38,276 nt of DNA from an uncultured Lachnospiraceae bacterium (lineage in GTDB: Bacteria; Bacillota; Clostridia; Lachnospirales; Lachnospiraceae): the NCBI GenBank assembly GCA_902473545.1, contig CABRSG010000001.1:1-38276 (forward strand), given 5' to 3'. The notes under the pieces were generated by a model, which did not search any database, was not told where the DNA came from, and worked only from the letters and a program-made list of their open reading frames with translations. Position 1 is the first letter of the stretch, and each line of letters opens with the position of its first letter. Positions 9,843 to 20,349 of this stretch are shown piece after piece. The translations under genes and the position numbers were made by a program.

Positions 9843-10754
9843 ATGAAAAGCGAAAAGAAAAGCTTATTAAAAAAATTCCTGTATTCGCAAAAAGTGGCGC
9901 CATACGTATTTGTCGCACCGTTTATTATTACATTTCTGGTATTTTTTGCCTATTCCATTGTGAACATGGTAATCATGAGCTTCCAGAATGTTGCTGGTGC
10001 TAATTCCACTTTTGTCGGATTAAAGAATTATTCGATCGTATCAAATGCCGTATTTATAAAGAGTCTGAAAAACAGTATCTTCTACACCATTGTCTCCTGC
10101 GCGCTGATGATCCCGATCCCGATGGTGCTTGCCATCCTTCTGAACAGCAAGCATATGCGCTGCAAGAGTACCTTCCGCAGTATCCTGTTCATTCCGGCTC
10201 TGACCTCAGTCGTTGTGGCAGGTGTTGTGTTCCGTCTGATGTTCGGAGAACTGGAAGGCTCCTTTATGAACCAGGTAATGTCTGTTTTCGGCGTTGGTCC
10301 GCTGGTATGGCTGCGTCAGCCTGTAACAGTATGGTTCACACTGTTCTTCCTCTGTCTGTGGAGATGGACCGGTGTAAACATGATGTACTATCTGTCCGGA
10401 CTTCAGCAGATCCCCCAGGATCTTTATGAATCCGCTTCCATTGACGGAGCATCCGCACTGCAGCAGATGCGTTTTATCACCATACCGCTCCTGAAACCAA
10501 CCACGATCTACGTGCTTACAATTTCCATTTTCGGCGGCATGGCAATGTTCTCCGAGAGCTACATGATCTTCAACGGAAACAAGTCTCCAAACAACGTAGG
10601 AACTACGCTCGTTGGTATGCTTTACCGTATGGGCTTCGAACAGAACCAGCTTGGCATCGCAAGCGCGATCGGCGTAATTTTCCTGTTAATCGTACTGATC
10701 GTCAATCTGTTCCAGCTCCGTCTCAACGGCACGTTCGGAAAGAAAGGAGAGTAA
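9843..10754 (+). CDS. Carbohydrate ABC transporter permease (AraP-like)
   Basis: APYVFVAPF, FVGLKNY, LYESASIDGAS EAA motif. Confidence 0.92.
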   Translation: MKSEKKSLLKKFLYSQKVAPYVFVAPFIITFLVFFAYSIVNMVIMSFQNVAGANSTFVGLKNYSIVSNAVFIKSLKNSIFYTIVSCALMIPIPMVLAILLNSKHMRCKSTFRSILFIPALTSVVVAGVVFRLMFGELEGSFMNQVMSVFGVGPLVWLRQPVTVWFTLFFLCLWRWTGVNMMYYLSGLQQIPQDLYESASIDGASALQQMRFITIPLLKPTTIYVLTISIFGGMAMFSESYMIFNGNKSPNNVGTTLVGMLYRMGFEQNQLGIASAIGVIFLLIVLIVNLFQLRLNGTFGKKGE

Positions 10755-10758
10755 GACT

Positions 10759-11601
10759 ATGTCAATGAAGAGAAAAACACAAATCTGTTCCATCCTGCTA
10801 ATTGTATTGTTTGTAATAATCGCAGTGATCACGCTTCTTCCGCTTATGCTGCTTGCAGTGTCTTCCCTGCGTCCGGGTTCGGATCTGATGCGTTACGGAC
10901 TGAACTTTTCTATTGACTGGTCAAGCGCCAATTTTGATGAATACAAAATGCTGTTCAGCGGAGCCAACAACTACTTTACCTGGTACCGAAACAGTCTTGT
11001 CATCACGGTGGTGCAGGTGGCTCTCGCCCTGTTCCTCAGCGCATGCGTAGGCTACGGTTTCGCAATGTACAACTTTAAGTTTAAAAATACGCTCTTTTTA
11101 TGCGTGCTGCTTGTAATGATGGTTCCGAACGAAGTAATCCTTCTTCCGCTGTACCGTCTTGTACAGAAAATGGGTCTTATGAACAGTATGTGGGGCATTA
11201 TTCTTCCGTATATTGTTGTACCGATGCTGGTATTCTTTTTCCGTCAGTATCTGTCCGGCATCCCGCGCGATTTTCTCGACGCAGCGCGTGTAGACGGCTG
11301 TACGGAGTACGGAATTTTCTTTAAGATCATGGTTCCGCTCATGAAACCCTCCTTCGCGGCAATGGGAATCTATCAGGGCATGCAGAGCTGGAATAATTTC
11401 CTCTGGCCCATGATCGTTATCAATGATATTAACAAGATCACGCTTCCGGTCGGTCTGCAGAGCCTGCTTTCCCCGTATGGAAACAATTACGATATCCTGA
11501 TCGCCGGTTCCTGCTTCGCCATCATACCGATCCTGATTCTGTTTATCTGCTTCCAGCGTTACTTTATCGAAGGTATGACCGCGGGCGGCGTAAAAGGATA
11601 A
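10759..11601 (+). CDS. Carbohydrate ABC transporter permease (AraQ-like)
   Basis: FLDAARVDGC EAA motif, WNNFLWP, FQRYFIEGMTAGGVKG. Confidence 0.92.
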   Translation: MSMKRKTQICSILLIVLFVIIAVITLLPLMLLAVSSLRPGSDLMRYGLNFSIDWSSANFDEYKMLFSGANNYFTWYRNSLVITVVQVALALFLSACVGYGFAMYNFKFKNTLFLCVLLVMMVPNEVILLPLYRLVQKMGLMNSMWGIILPYIVVPMLVFFFRQYLSGIPRDFLDAARVDGCTEYGIFFKIMVPLMKPSFAAMGIYQGMQSWNNFLWPMIVINDINKITLPVGLQSLLSPYGNNYDILIAGSCFAIIPILILFICFQRYFIEGMTAGGVKG

Positions 11602-11633
11602 GCAATGATACCCGATTGAAAGGAGACTGGATC

Positions 11634-13142
11634 ATGAGTGACAGCATGTTGAAATTATACGGAACCCGCCAGCGGGTGACCGGCAGACGCGATCCCATGA
11701 TTTACGGACACTTTATCGAGCATTTTCACCGTCAGATTTACGGCGGCGTGTATGACCCCGGCAATCCGCTCTCCGATGAGGACGGCTTCCGCCTGGACGT
11801 CATCGACGCCATGCGGAAAATAAAGGTACCCATTCTGCGCTGGCCAGGCGGCTGCTTTGTCTCCTCCTACCACTGGAAGGACGCCGTCGGCGAAAACCGC
11901 AGTCCCATGTTTGACAAAGCATGGCGCGTGGAAGATCCAAATACCTTTGGAACTGATGAATATATCCGTCTCTGCCGCAAAATCGGCTGCGAACCGTATA
12001 TCTGCACAAACGCCGGTACCGGTACCGCCGAGGAAATGAGCGATTGGGTAGAATACTGCAATCTGGAAAACGAGGGGCAGTATGCAAAATGGCGGATTCA
12101 AAATGGTTTCCAGCAGCCTCATAAGGTGCGCTACTGGAGCATCGGCAACGAAAACTACGGCTTCTGGGAGATCGGCGCCAAAACAGCCGGCGAATGGGGA
12201 CATCTCGTCTGCGAAACCGCCAAAATGATAAAGCATGTGGACCCGGACACCGAGCTGACAGCGGCGGCGCTCACGGACTTAAATTGGAACGTCCGTCTGC
12301 TGGAGAGCAGCGGACAGTTTCTGGACTGGATCTCCATCCACGAATACTGGGATGCCATCCAGCAGACGAACGATTATGCGGACTACGGGGCAGTCTGCGC
12401 ATACACAAACAATATAGACCATTCTATCCGGGAGGTGCACGGTCTGCTCACAGCTATGAAGCTGGATAAGAAAATCCGCATCGCGTTTGACGAGTGGAAC
12501 TTGCGCGGCTGGTACCATCCCAACGTGCATACCATCGAGCAGGGCCGCACGAAAGAGGATTATCTTTACCCGCGTGATAAAAACGATGACAACAGCAGGT
12601 ATACGATGGCGGACGCGGTGTTTACCGCCTGCTTCCTGAACGCCTGCAACCGACACTGCGATATTGTGGGAATGGCAAACTTTGCGCCCATTGTGAACAC
12701 CCGGGGCTGTATTTTCACGTATCCAGAGGGCATCGTACTGCGCACGACCTACCATGTATTCGACCTCTATGTAAATTATCTGGGCGACACGGTGCTGGAC
12801 GGCTGGAGCACGGATATGCCGCGTATAACCGTCCGCGATAAGCAGGGCAATACGCAGGAGACGGATGTCTGCGATTTCGCAGTAACCTGCTTTTCCGACC
12901 GGGAGGGGCTGGCAGTAGCGCTTGTAAATAAAGATCCGACAAACGAACAGCCGGTACAGCTTATGCTGGAGGCAGCCGGAGAAGCCGTACTTTACTATAT
13001 TGCAGGTGAAAGCACAGATGCTTATAATGATATCAGGCACACGGAAGTAGAAATCCAGAGAGAGTCTCTTGGAAGCTATACTCCCGGCATGACGATCCGG
13101 CTGGGGCCCCATATGGTCGGAGTTTTACAGATTGGACTATAA
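11634..13142 (+). CDS. Alpha-L-arabinofuranosidase, GH51 (divergent paralog)
   Basis: IYGHFIEH, LRWPGGCF, WSIGNE (acid/base Glu), AFDEWN (nucleophile); start moved to ATG 11634 after AAAGGAGA. Confidence 0.9.
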   Translation: MSDSMLKLYGTRQRVTGRRDPMIYGHFIEHFHRQIYGGVYDPGNPLSDEDGFRLDVIDAMRKIKVPILRWPGGCFVSSYHWKDAVGENRSPMFDKAWRVEDPNTFGTDEYIRLCRKIGCEPYICTNAGTGTAEEMSDWVEYCNLENEGQYAKWRIQNGFQQPHKVRYWSIGNENYGFWEIGAKTAGEWGHLVCETAKMIKHVDPDTELTAAALTDLNWNVRLLESSGQFLDWISIHEYWDAIQQTNDYADYGAVCAYTNNIDHSIREVHGLLTAMKLDKKIRIAFDEWNLRGWYHPNVHTIEQGRTKEDYLYPRDKNDDNSRYTMADAVFTACFLNACNRHCDIVGMANFAPIVNTRGCIFTYPEGIVLRTTYHVFDLYVNYLGDTVLDGWSTDMPRITVRDKQGNTQETDVCDFAVTCFSDREGLAVALVNKDPTNEQPVQLMLEAAGEAVLYYIAGESTDAYNDIRHTEVEIQRESLGSYTPGMTIRLGPHMVGVLQIGL

Positions 13143-13159
13143 CAAGCATAAAGGAGTAG

Positions 13160-14692
<1,533 letters not shown>

Positions 14693-14731
14693 AAAAATTT
14701 TATTCATGAATGGATACGAAAGGAGCAAATT

Positions 14732-15811
14732 ATGGGAAATTTACCAAAAACCATGAAAGCACTGGTCGCTTACGGTCCAGGCGATTACCGTCTTGAGGCA
14801 GAACATCCGGTACCGGTATGCGGGCCGGACGATATCATCATTAAAACGGAAGGCTGCGGCGTCTGCGTCAGTGATGTAAAATGCTATCACGGAGCCGGCA
14901 GATACTGGGGAAGCGAGACAGAAAAGGCATGGGTGGAACCGCCTTTCATTCCCGGACATGAATTTCTCGGTTTTGTAGCGGAAATCGGAGAAAATGTAAA
15001 GGGCTTTGAAATCGGCGACCGCATCACTGCCGACCAGATACTGCCCTGTGGAGAATGCCGGTTCTGCAAAAACGGCAGATACTGGATGTGTCAGCCGCAC
15101 AAAATGTTCGGCTATCAGAATACAAACGACGGCGGTATGGCAGAATATGTACGCTATCCGAAAACAGCCGTAATCTCCAGGGTTCCAAAGGAGCTTCCGC
15201 GGGAAAAAGCCCTGCTTATCGAGCCGTATGCCTGCTCCAAGCACGCGGTAGACCGCGCAGGCGTCACGAATGAGGATATTCTCGTTATCGCCGGAGCCGG
15301 TACCCTCGGACTTGGCATGATTACCTACGCACGCATGAAAAATCCGGCAAAACTGATCGTTGTGGATATGATCGATGAGCGTCTGGAAAAAGCAAAAGAT
15401 TTCGGGGCGGATATCGTAATCAACCCCTCCAAAGAAGATGCCATTGCCAGAATCATGGAATTAACCGAAGGCTACGGCTGTGACATCTATATTGAAGCAA
15501 CCGGTCATCCCTCCAGTGTAAAACAAGGTCTTGCAATGGTGCGCAAGCTTGGCACGTTTGTGGAATTCGGCGTGTTCGCGCAGGAAACAAGCGTCGACTG
15601 GTCCGTAATCGGCGACGGCAAGGAGCTGAATGTACTCGGCTCCCACATCAGTCCCTACTGCTATCCCTTCGTCATTGAGCACATGGCAGATGGAAGCCTG
15701 AAAACAGATGGCCTGATAAAACGCACCTTCCCCATCGAAAAATGGGAAGAAGCCTTCGAATACGCCAGCGGCAAATATGGCGACTTCAAGGTTGCGATTA
15801 CATTTGACTGA
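14732..15811 (+). CDS. Zn-dependent polyol/alcohol dehydrogenase (MDR family, erythritol/L-threitol dehydrogenase-like)
   Basis: CGVCVSD, PGHEF catalytic Zn motif, CGECRFC...C structural Zn motif, GAGTLG Rossmann motif. Confidence 0.85.
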   Translation: MGNLPKTMKALVAYGPGDYRLEAEHPVPVCGPDDIIIKTEGCGVCVSDVKCYHGAGRYWGSETEKAWVEPPFIPGHEFLGFVAEIGENVKGFEIGDRITADQILPCGECRFCKNGRYWMCQPHKMFGYQNTNDGGMAEYVRYPKTAVISRVPKELPREKALLIEPYACSKHAVDRAGVTNEDILVIAGAGTLGLGMITYARMKNPAKLIVVDMIDERLEKAKDFGADIVINPSKEDAIARIMELTEGYGCDIYIEATGHPSSVKQGLAMVRKLGTFVEFGVFAQETSVDWSVIGDGKELNVLGSHISPYCYPFVIEHMADGSLKTDGLIKRTFPIEKWEEAFEYASGKYGDFKVAITFD

Positions 15812-15835
15812 TACAATGCACACGTGAATAAACAG

Positions 15836-15885
15836 GCAGGGCTGCTGCACTAAAGACTGGCAGATCTTCAGCGCGGCAGCCCTGC
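15836..15885 (+). terminator. Long hairpin at the end of the sugar operon
   Basis: gcagggctgctgc...gcggcagccctgc arms; no clear U-tract. Confidence 0.5.
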
Positions 15886-16031
15886 TCTGCATATATGCTT
15901 CCGTTACCTGCCCGGCAGCGGTCCTGTTCTGTATATTTTTCGTCCCTCGTTCAATGCATTCAGAGTATCTCCGTGAAGGGGCTTTTTCAGGTATTTGTCC
16001 TGATTTATACAATAATGATATATGATGATGT

Positions 16032-16490
16032 GGGTGTCGAAAGTACGACAGCATCAAGTTTCGTTGCATTCGCCTCAAACTTTGATCCATCGATATACAG
16101 ATGTTGGAAATCCACACCGTCTGCTTTTCCGATATATTCCATGACTGCTTTGAAGATATTCTGCACGGATTCTTATAATTCCTCATTGATAAAGTAACTG
16201 AAAGCACAGTAAGCAGGCGTCTCACAATCCATCAGATACATGTATCGTATATTTGTTTTACAGCGGTCTTCTAATTTTCTCAGGGATGCGTGTATCCTGT
16301 GTCCATGAAACCGAATAAGACTGTCTTTAGCATGTTGACACGATTATATCCTGGCCTGCCAGGCTTGCGGTATGGTTCAGGCTTCAGATACTTTGCTATT
16401 TCGATCTCCTCCAATTTTTTTCCTGAATTATTCCGCAAAATAAAAGAGCTGTGAAATTTGGAGTTTTTCAATTTCTTTTTTCACAGCCCC
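16032..16490 (-). mobile_element. Decayed IS1182-family element (transposase pseudogene fragment)
   Basis: Minus-strand reading GRPGYNRVNMLKTVLFGFMDTGY / frameshift near 16290 / ASLRKLEDRCKTNIRYMYLMD...FINEEL, stop at 16173-16175, then ...DFQHLYIDGSKFEANA, truncated near 16065; putative end GGGGCTGTGAAAAAA at 16490; left boundary uncertain. Confidence 0.8.
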
Positions 16491-16527
16491 AACTTTAAAA
16501 TGATTTTACAATTATTTTTTGGAATGC

Positions 16528-17229
16528 TTAATCCAGCTCGCGGATGAAGCCGCACACCAGACGGACGCTGTGCTCCACCGCCATTTTTTCAAAGGTTTCG
16601 TAGTCCATGTTTGCGCTGTCGTCCGCTTTGTCGGAGATGGCGCGGATAATCACAAACGGAATATTATTCAGATACGCGGTATGCGCGATCGCAGCACCCT
16701 CCATTTCCGTGCAGTATCCGCCGAAGGTTTCCGCGAGCCGGTCTTTCGTCGGTCTGTCGCAGATAAACTGGTCACCGCTCACGATCCTGCCCTCAAATAC
16801 ATGGATGTCCGGATTTACGCGCTGGCAGACTTCTTTTGCAATCTTCCGCAGGTTTGCATCCGCTTTAAAGGAAAATACTTCCATCTGCGGCACCTGACCT
16901 GCCGGATAGCCAAAACCAGTCGCGTCCATGTCATGATGCAGCACGTCCGTGGAAATCACAACGTCTCCGATATTGATCTCCGATTTCAGAGAGCCGGCGA
17001 TTCCTGTATTAATAATAACGTCAACTTTAAATTCATCTTTCAGAATCTGCGCGCAGACCGCCGCGTTCACCTTTCCGATACCGCTCCTTACCACGACCAC
17101 CGAATGATCCTCCAGAATACCCTCCAGAAAATTCATCTTTGCGCGCGTCACCATGCGCTGCTGCCACATCGTCGCTTTAAGCTGCGCGACCTCTACTTCC
17201 ATTGCCCCGATAATACCTATTTTCTTCAT
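16528..17229 (-). CDS. mtnN: 5'-methylthioadenosine/S-adenosylhomocysteine nucleosidase
   Basis: MKKIGIIGAMEVE, SGIGKVNAA, INTGIAG, SGDQFI, EMEGAAIAH, IRAISDKAD; start at ATG 17229. Confidence 0.96.
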   Translation of the reverse strand: MKKIGIIGAMEVEVAQLKATMWQQRMVTRAKMNFLEGILEDHSVVVVRSGIGKVNAAVCAQILKDEFKVDVIINTGIAGSLKSEINIGDVVISTDVLHHDMDATGFGYPAGQVPQMEVFSFKADANLRKIAKEVCQRVNPDIHVFEGRIVSGDQFICDRPTKDRLAETFGGYCTEMEGAAIAHTAYLNNIPFVIIRAISDKADDSANMDYETFEKMAVEHSVRLVCGFIRELD

Positions 17230-17338
17230 AATATAATACCTGTATCCCCTTCCTGATGCTGCCATCCCTTATAAATAGTATAAATAAGATTTCCGGAAAT
17301 AGCAACAAAAATATTTTTATTTTATCAATCACAAACTA

Positions 17339-17367
17339 TTGACATATGTTCTCAAATCATATATAAT
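17339..17367 (+). promoter_or_regulatory. Consensus sigmaA promoter
   Basis: TTGACA(17339-17344)-17 bp-TATAAT(17362-17367); predicted start about 17374. Confidence 0.9.
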
Positions 17368-17374
17368 ACAGTCA

Positions 17375-17591
17375 TTCTAAACATCTAAGGTCCGCCGGTT
17401 CGGCATGAAACCCCTGAATACGGGCTAAAAACTGCATAGCGCATGGTCTGAACGGATCAGATTCCTCTCGCGCCTTATCAAACGGTCTGCACGGCAGCTC
17501 CGCTTTCTTTCCTTATGGGGATACTGGCTCTTTGCGCCGCTTAATCCCAAAGCCTTTGTGCAGGCTGCCCGGCGGGTTCTTCGGTTTAGAA
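17375..17591 (+). ncRNA. Candidate structured ncRNA or leader RNA of unknown family (~217 nt)
   Basis: Begins at the predicted TSS; ends pair (ttctaaac/gtttagaa; ccgccgg/ccggcgg); nested helices cggc/gccg, cccc/gggg, ctgc/gcag; hairpins tctga/tcaga and agcct/aggct; GC-rich between AT-rich flanks. Confidence 0.65.
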
Positions 17592-17618
17592 AAAATATTA
17601 AGAAAAGAGGTGAGTATT

Positions 17619-17789
17619 ATGAGACATTTTTTTACGCGGCTTTACGAAGAAGAAGACGGTATCAGCACCGTGGAAATCATTCTGATCATCGTGGTTCTTA
17701 TCGGTCTGGTTATCATCTTCAAAAGTCAGCTTACCAGTCTGGTAAACAACATCTTTAAAAAAATTGTCAGTCAGAGCAACAGTATTTAA
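17619..17789 (+). CDS. flp: Flp1-like type IVb (Tad) major pilin
   Basis: 56 aa from ATG 17619 after GAGGTG; EEEDG|ISTVE prepilin cleavage site with E5, then a hydrophobic helix. Confidence 0.9.
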   Translation: MRHFFTRLYEEEDGISTVEIILIIVVLIGLVIIFKSQLTSLVNNIFKKIVSQSNSI

Positions 17790-17801
17790 CGGAGGTACGA
17801 C

Positions 17802-19322
17802 ATGAAACGGTGTTACGGAAAGGGGACAATCTCAGTTTTTCTCAGTCTCGTAAGCGTCCTGTTTTTGTCCCTTCTCTGTACTGCCGAGGAGTCGGCAAGA
17901 ATAGAAGGGTGCAGGGCAAAGGCAGCGGCTGCGCTGGATATGGGAATGTTTTCAGTGATGGGCGAATTTGAGCGCGAATTGCTGGAGCGCTATGATGTAT
18001 TTTTTCTGGACGGCGCCGCCGGAAGCGATTCCTTTAACCAGGATCAGCTCAATCAGACGCTGCAGGATTATATGACATACAACGTTTCTCCGAATAAAGG
18101 ACTTCTCCTCAGCCGCTTCGATATATTTAGTCAAAATATGACTAAATCGAGCATCACGGGAACAATGCGTGCAACCGACGAAAAAGGCGCTGCCTTTTAT
18201 CAACAGGCTGTCGGCTTTATGCGCGAAAATCTCGGAACAGAGTTTATCAGTATCTGGCTGGAGAGAATGAAAGACGGACAGCAGCTCGAAAAGGCGGAGG
18301 AAATTTACAAGAGCAGGGACGAAAGCATTTCCGAGAGCCTGAAGCAGATGGAGGAAGCTCAGAAACAGCTTGAAGCACAGACGGAAGTACAGGAGGGCGA
18401 AACGCAGCCGGAAACCGAAGCACTTCCGGCCGTCCCGGAGTCGCAAAATCCGCTGAATATTATCCGGAAGTTAAAAAAAGAGGGTATTCTCGGGCTGGTG
18501 TTAAAGGATAAAAGCATAGTCTCGCAAAAGTCTCTCTCCTCCTCTGTTCCCTCTAAAAGGACGAACCAGAAAGGAAACCTGCCGGTTGAAAAAGAATACA
18601 GCGGTCTTACCGCCGACCTGCTGTTCCAGCAGTACCTGTTCGAGCGCTTCAGCCTGTTTACTGACAGGGATAAAGAGGGCGTGCTGGATTATGAGCTGGA
18701 ATATATCCTGTGCGGGAAAAGCAGTGATGAGAAAAATTTAAAAACAGTCGTCACACGTCTGCTACTTTTGCGGGAAGGCGCCAATTTTCTCTTTCTTTCC
18801 AATGATGCCGCCAGTATGGAGGCTGCCAATGCGTTTGCCGCGCTGCTTGTCGGCGCTGTGCCGATTCCAGGCATCGTCACCGTGACTGCCTATGCTCTTT
18901 TGCTGGCGTGGGCGTATGCGGAAAGTCTGCTGGATGTGCGTGAGCTGCTTGCAGGCGGAAAGGTACCGGTACTGAAATCCTCCGAAACCTGGCGGCTCTC
19001 GCTTACTTCTGTTCCAAATCTTTTACAGATTCTGGAACAGACGGACGGTTCTTCGCAAAACGGGCTCAGCTACGCCGCCTATCTGCAGATTCTATTTACA
19101 CTGGGCGGAACCGGCAAGTATCCAATGCGTGCGTTGGATCTGATCGAGAGCTACATGAAGTCCCGCCCGGCGACTGCCGCCTTCCGCGCGGATCACGCCA
19201 TCAAGATACAGGCGGAGGCGGATTTTAATATACCGCCGTTGTTTCTGCGCGTATCCAGCGCCTTTTTAAAAACCGGAACAGCAGAAACCGACTACCATAT
19301 TTCGGGAAGCTTTGCATACTGA
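17802..19322 (+). CDS. DUF5702-type / TadG-like pilus-associated protein
   Basis: KG|TISVFLSL pilin-like N-terminus, LDYELEYILCGKSSDEKNL, LLREGANF, WAYAES..DV..LL.GGKVP; directly after flp. Confidence 0.75.
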   Translation: MKRCYGKGTISVFLSLVSVLFLSLLCTAEESARIEGCRAKAAAALDMGMFSVMGEFERELLERYDVFFLDGAAGSDSFNQDQLNQTLQDYMTYNVSPNKGLLLSRFDIFSQNMTKSSITGTMRATDEKGAAFYQQAVGFMRENLGTEFISIWLERMKDGQQLEKAEEIYKSRDESISESLKQMEEAQKQLEAQTEVQEGETQPETEALPAVPESQNPLNIIRKLKKEGILGLVLKDKSIVSQKSLSSSVPSKRTNQKGNLPVEKEYSGLTADLLFQQYLFERFSLFTDRDKEGVLDYELEYILCGKSSDEKNLKTVVTRLLLLREGANFLFLSNDAASMEAANAFAALLVGAVPIPGIVTVTAYALLLAWAYAESLLDVRELLAGGKVPVLKSSETWRLSLTSVPNLLQILEQTDGSSQNGLSYAAYLQILFTLGGTGKYPMRALDLIESYMKSRPATAAFRADHAIKIQAEADFNIPPLFLRVSSAFLKTGTAETDYHISGSFAY

Positions 19323-19344
19323 CGTAACAAGGAGGTGTCTGAAA

Positions 19345-20349
19345 ATGCTCTTTCCGCATAGGATATTTTCTACCATAAAACAAATGCATAAAAACTACAG
19401 AAAGGATTTGGATTCTCTCCCGGCAGGAGCTTTTCCCAGATTGTCCGAGCGCGAAAGGGCATTTTCGGACGTCTCCGAAGATTGCAAAAAGGCGCTTTCC
19501 GATGCATCCCAAGGTTCCAAAAAGGCATTTTCCGATGCATCCCGAAATTCCAAAAAGGCGCTTTCCAGTGCATCCGCAAGCATGACGCTCGAAGCAGCCT
19601 GTGTACTCCCATGGTTTCTGTTCGCGTTGCTGGCTGTTATGCAGTTTTTCAAGATTATCATGGTTTCCAGCGCCGTTCTTGCCGGAATGCAGGACACGGC
19701 GAAGGATATGGCGGCTTACGCCTACATCCGTGAACTGGGCGTATCCGCAGGAGACGGCGTCGCAGCCGACCTTCTGACCGGAGGATTATCTGCGGCTTAT
19801 GCAAAAGGAAACATCGAACGCAAAGCTTCTTTTTCTGAAAATGACGGTACGCTTCATTTTTGGAAATCTTCCTTTATGAAGAATGACATCATCGATATTG
19901 CCGTCACCTACAGCGCCGGAAATACTTACACACTGCTTCCCATCCCACCCGTCAAATCCGCTCTCCGCGCGCGTGTACGGGCGTGGACCGGAAGGGATGG
20001 AAACGGAAGCTCCGGTTCCGACAGCGGCTCCGGTGAGGAAACCAAAGAGGAAACTGTCATCGTGACGGCAACCGGACATGTTTATCATAAAGATGAAAAC
20101 TGCACGCACATCAAGCTTTCCATACGCAGTGTGAGCAGGGATTCCGTGCGCAGTCTTCGGAACAAATCGGGCGCAAAATATACCGCCTGCGAGCGCTGCC
20201 GCGGCGGCGGATCAAATGTATTTATCACGGACTACGGAACGCACTATCATTCCTCGCTTAGCTGCAGCGGTCTGAAGCGGACGCTGACACGCGTTCCCCT
20301 GTCGGAGCTGGGAGGATGGAGGGCATGTTCAAAATGCGGTGGATCTTGA
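19345..20349 (+). CDS. TadE-like minor pilin with two C-terminal His/Cys metal-binding repeats
   Basis: ATG 19345 after AGGAGG; A|SMTLEAACVLP plus TM; RAWTG; VTATGHVYH...C...CERC and ITDYGTHYH...C...CSKC. Confidence 0.78.
   Translation: MLFPHRIFSTIKQMHKNYRKDLDSLPAGAFPRLSERERAFSDVSEDCKKALSDASQGSKKAFSDASRNSKKALSSASASMTLEAACVLPWFLFALLAVMQFFKIIMVSSAVLAGMQDTAKDMAAYAYIRELGVSAGDGVAADLLTGGLSAAYAKGNIERKASFSENDGTLHFWKSSFMKNDIIDIAVTYSAGNTYTLLPIPPVKSALRARVRAWTGRDGNGSSGSDSGSGEETKEETVIVTATGHVYHKDENCTHIKLSIRSVSRDSVRSLRNKSGAKYTACERCRGGGSNVFITDYGTHYHSSLSCSGLKRTLTRVPLSELGGWRACSKCGGS
19453..19581 (+). repeat. 33-bp in-frame tandem repeat, about 4 copies (KKA[L/F]SDAS...)
   Basis: Units start at 19453, 19486, 19519, 19552. 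Confidence 0.9.

Noticed and set aside
15461..16225. 254-aa minus-strand ORF and 100-aa plus-strand ORF (15895-16197)
   Set aside because: They overlap the dehydrogenase antisense and the IS remnant out of frame; no recognisable motifs
17375..17591. Assignment as 6S RNA, c-di-GMP-I/II riboswitch, raiA motif or SAM-I riboswitch for mtnN
   Set aside because: By eye it lacks their conserved motifs on either strand, and the branched fold differs from the 6S rod; needs cmscan to exclude formally
17532..17618. N-terminal extension of the flp ORF from TTG 17532
   Set aside because: A good RBS precedes ATG 17619, which gives a normal 56-aa prepilin; the extension lies in the structured RNA
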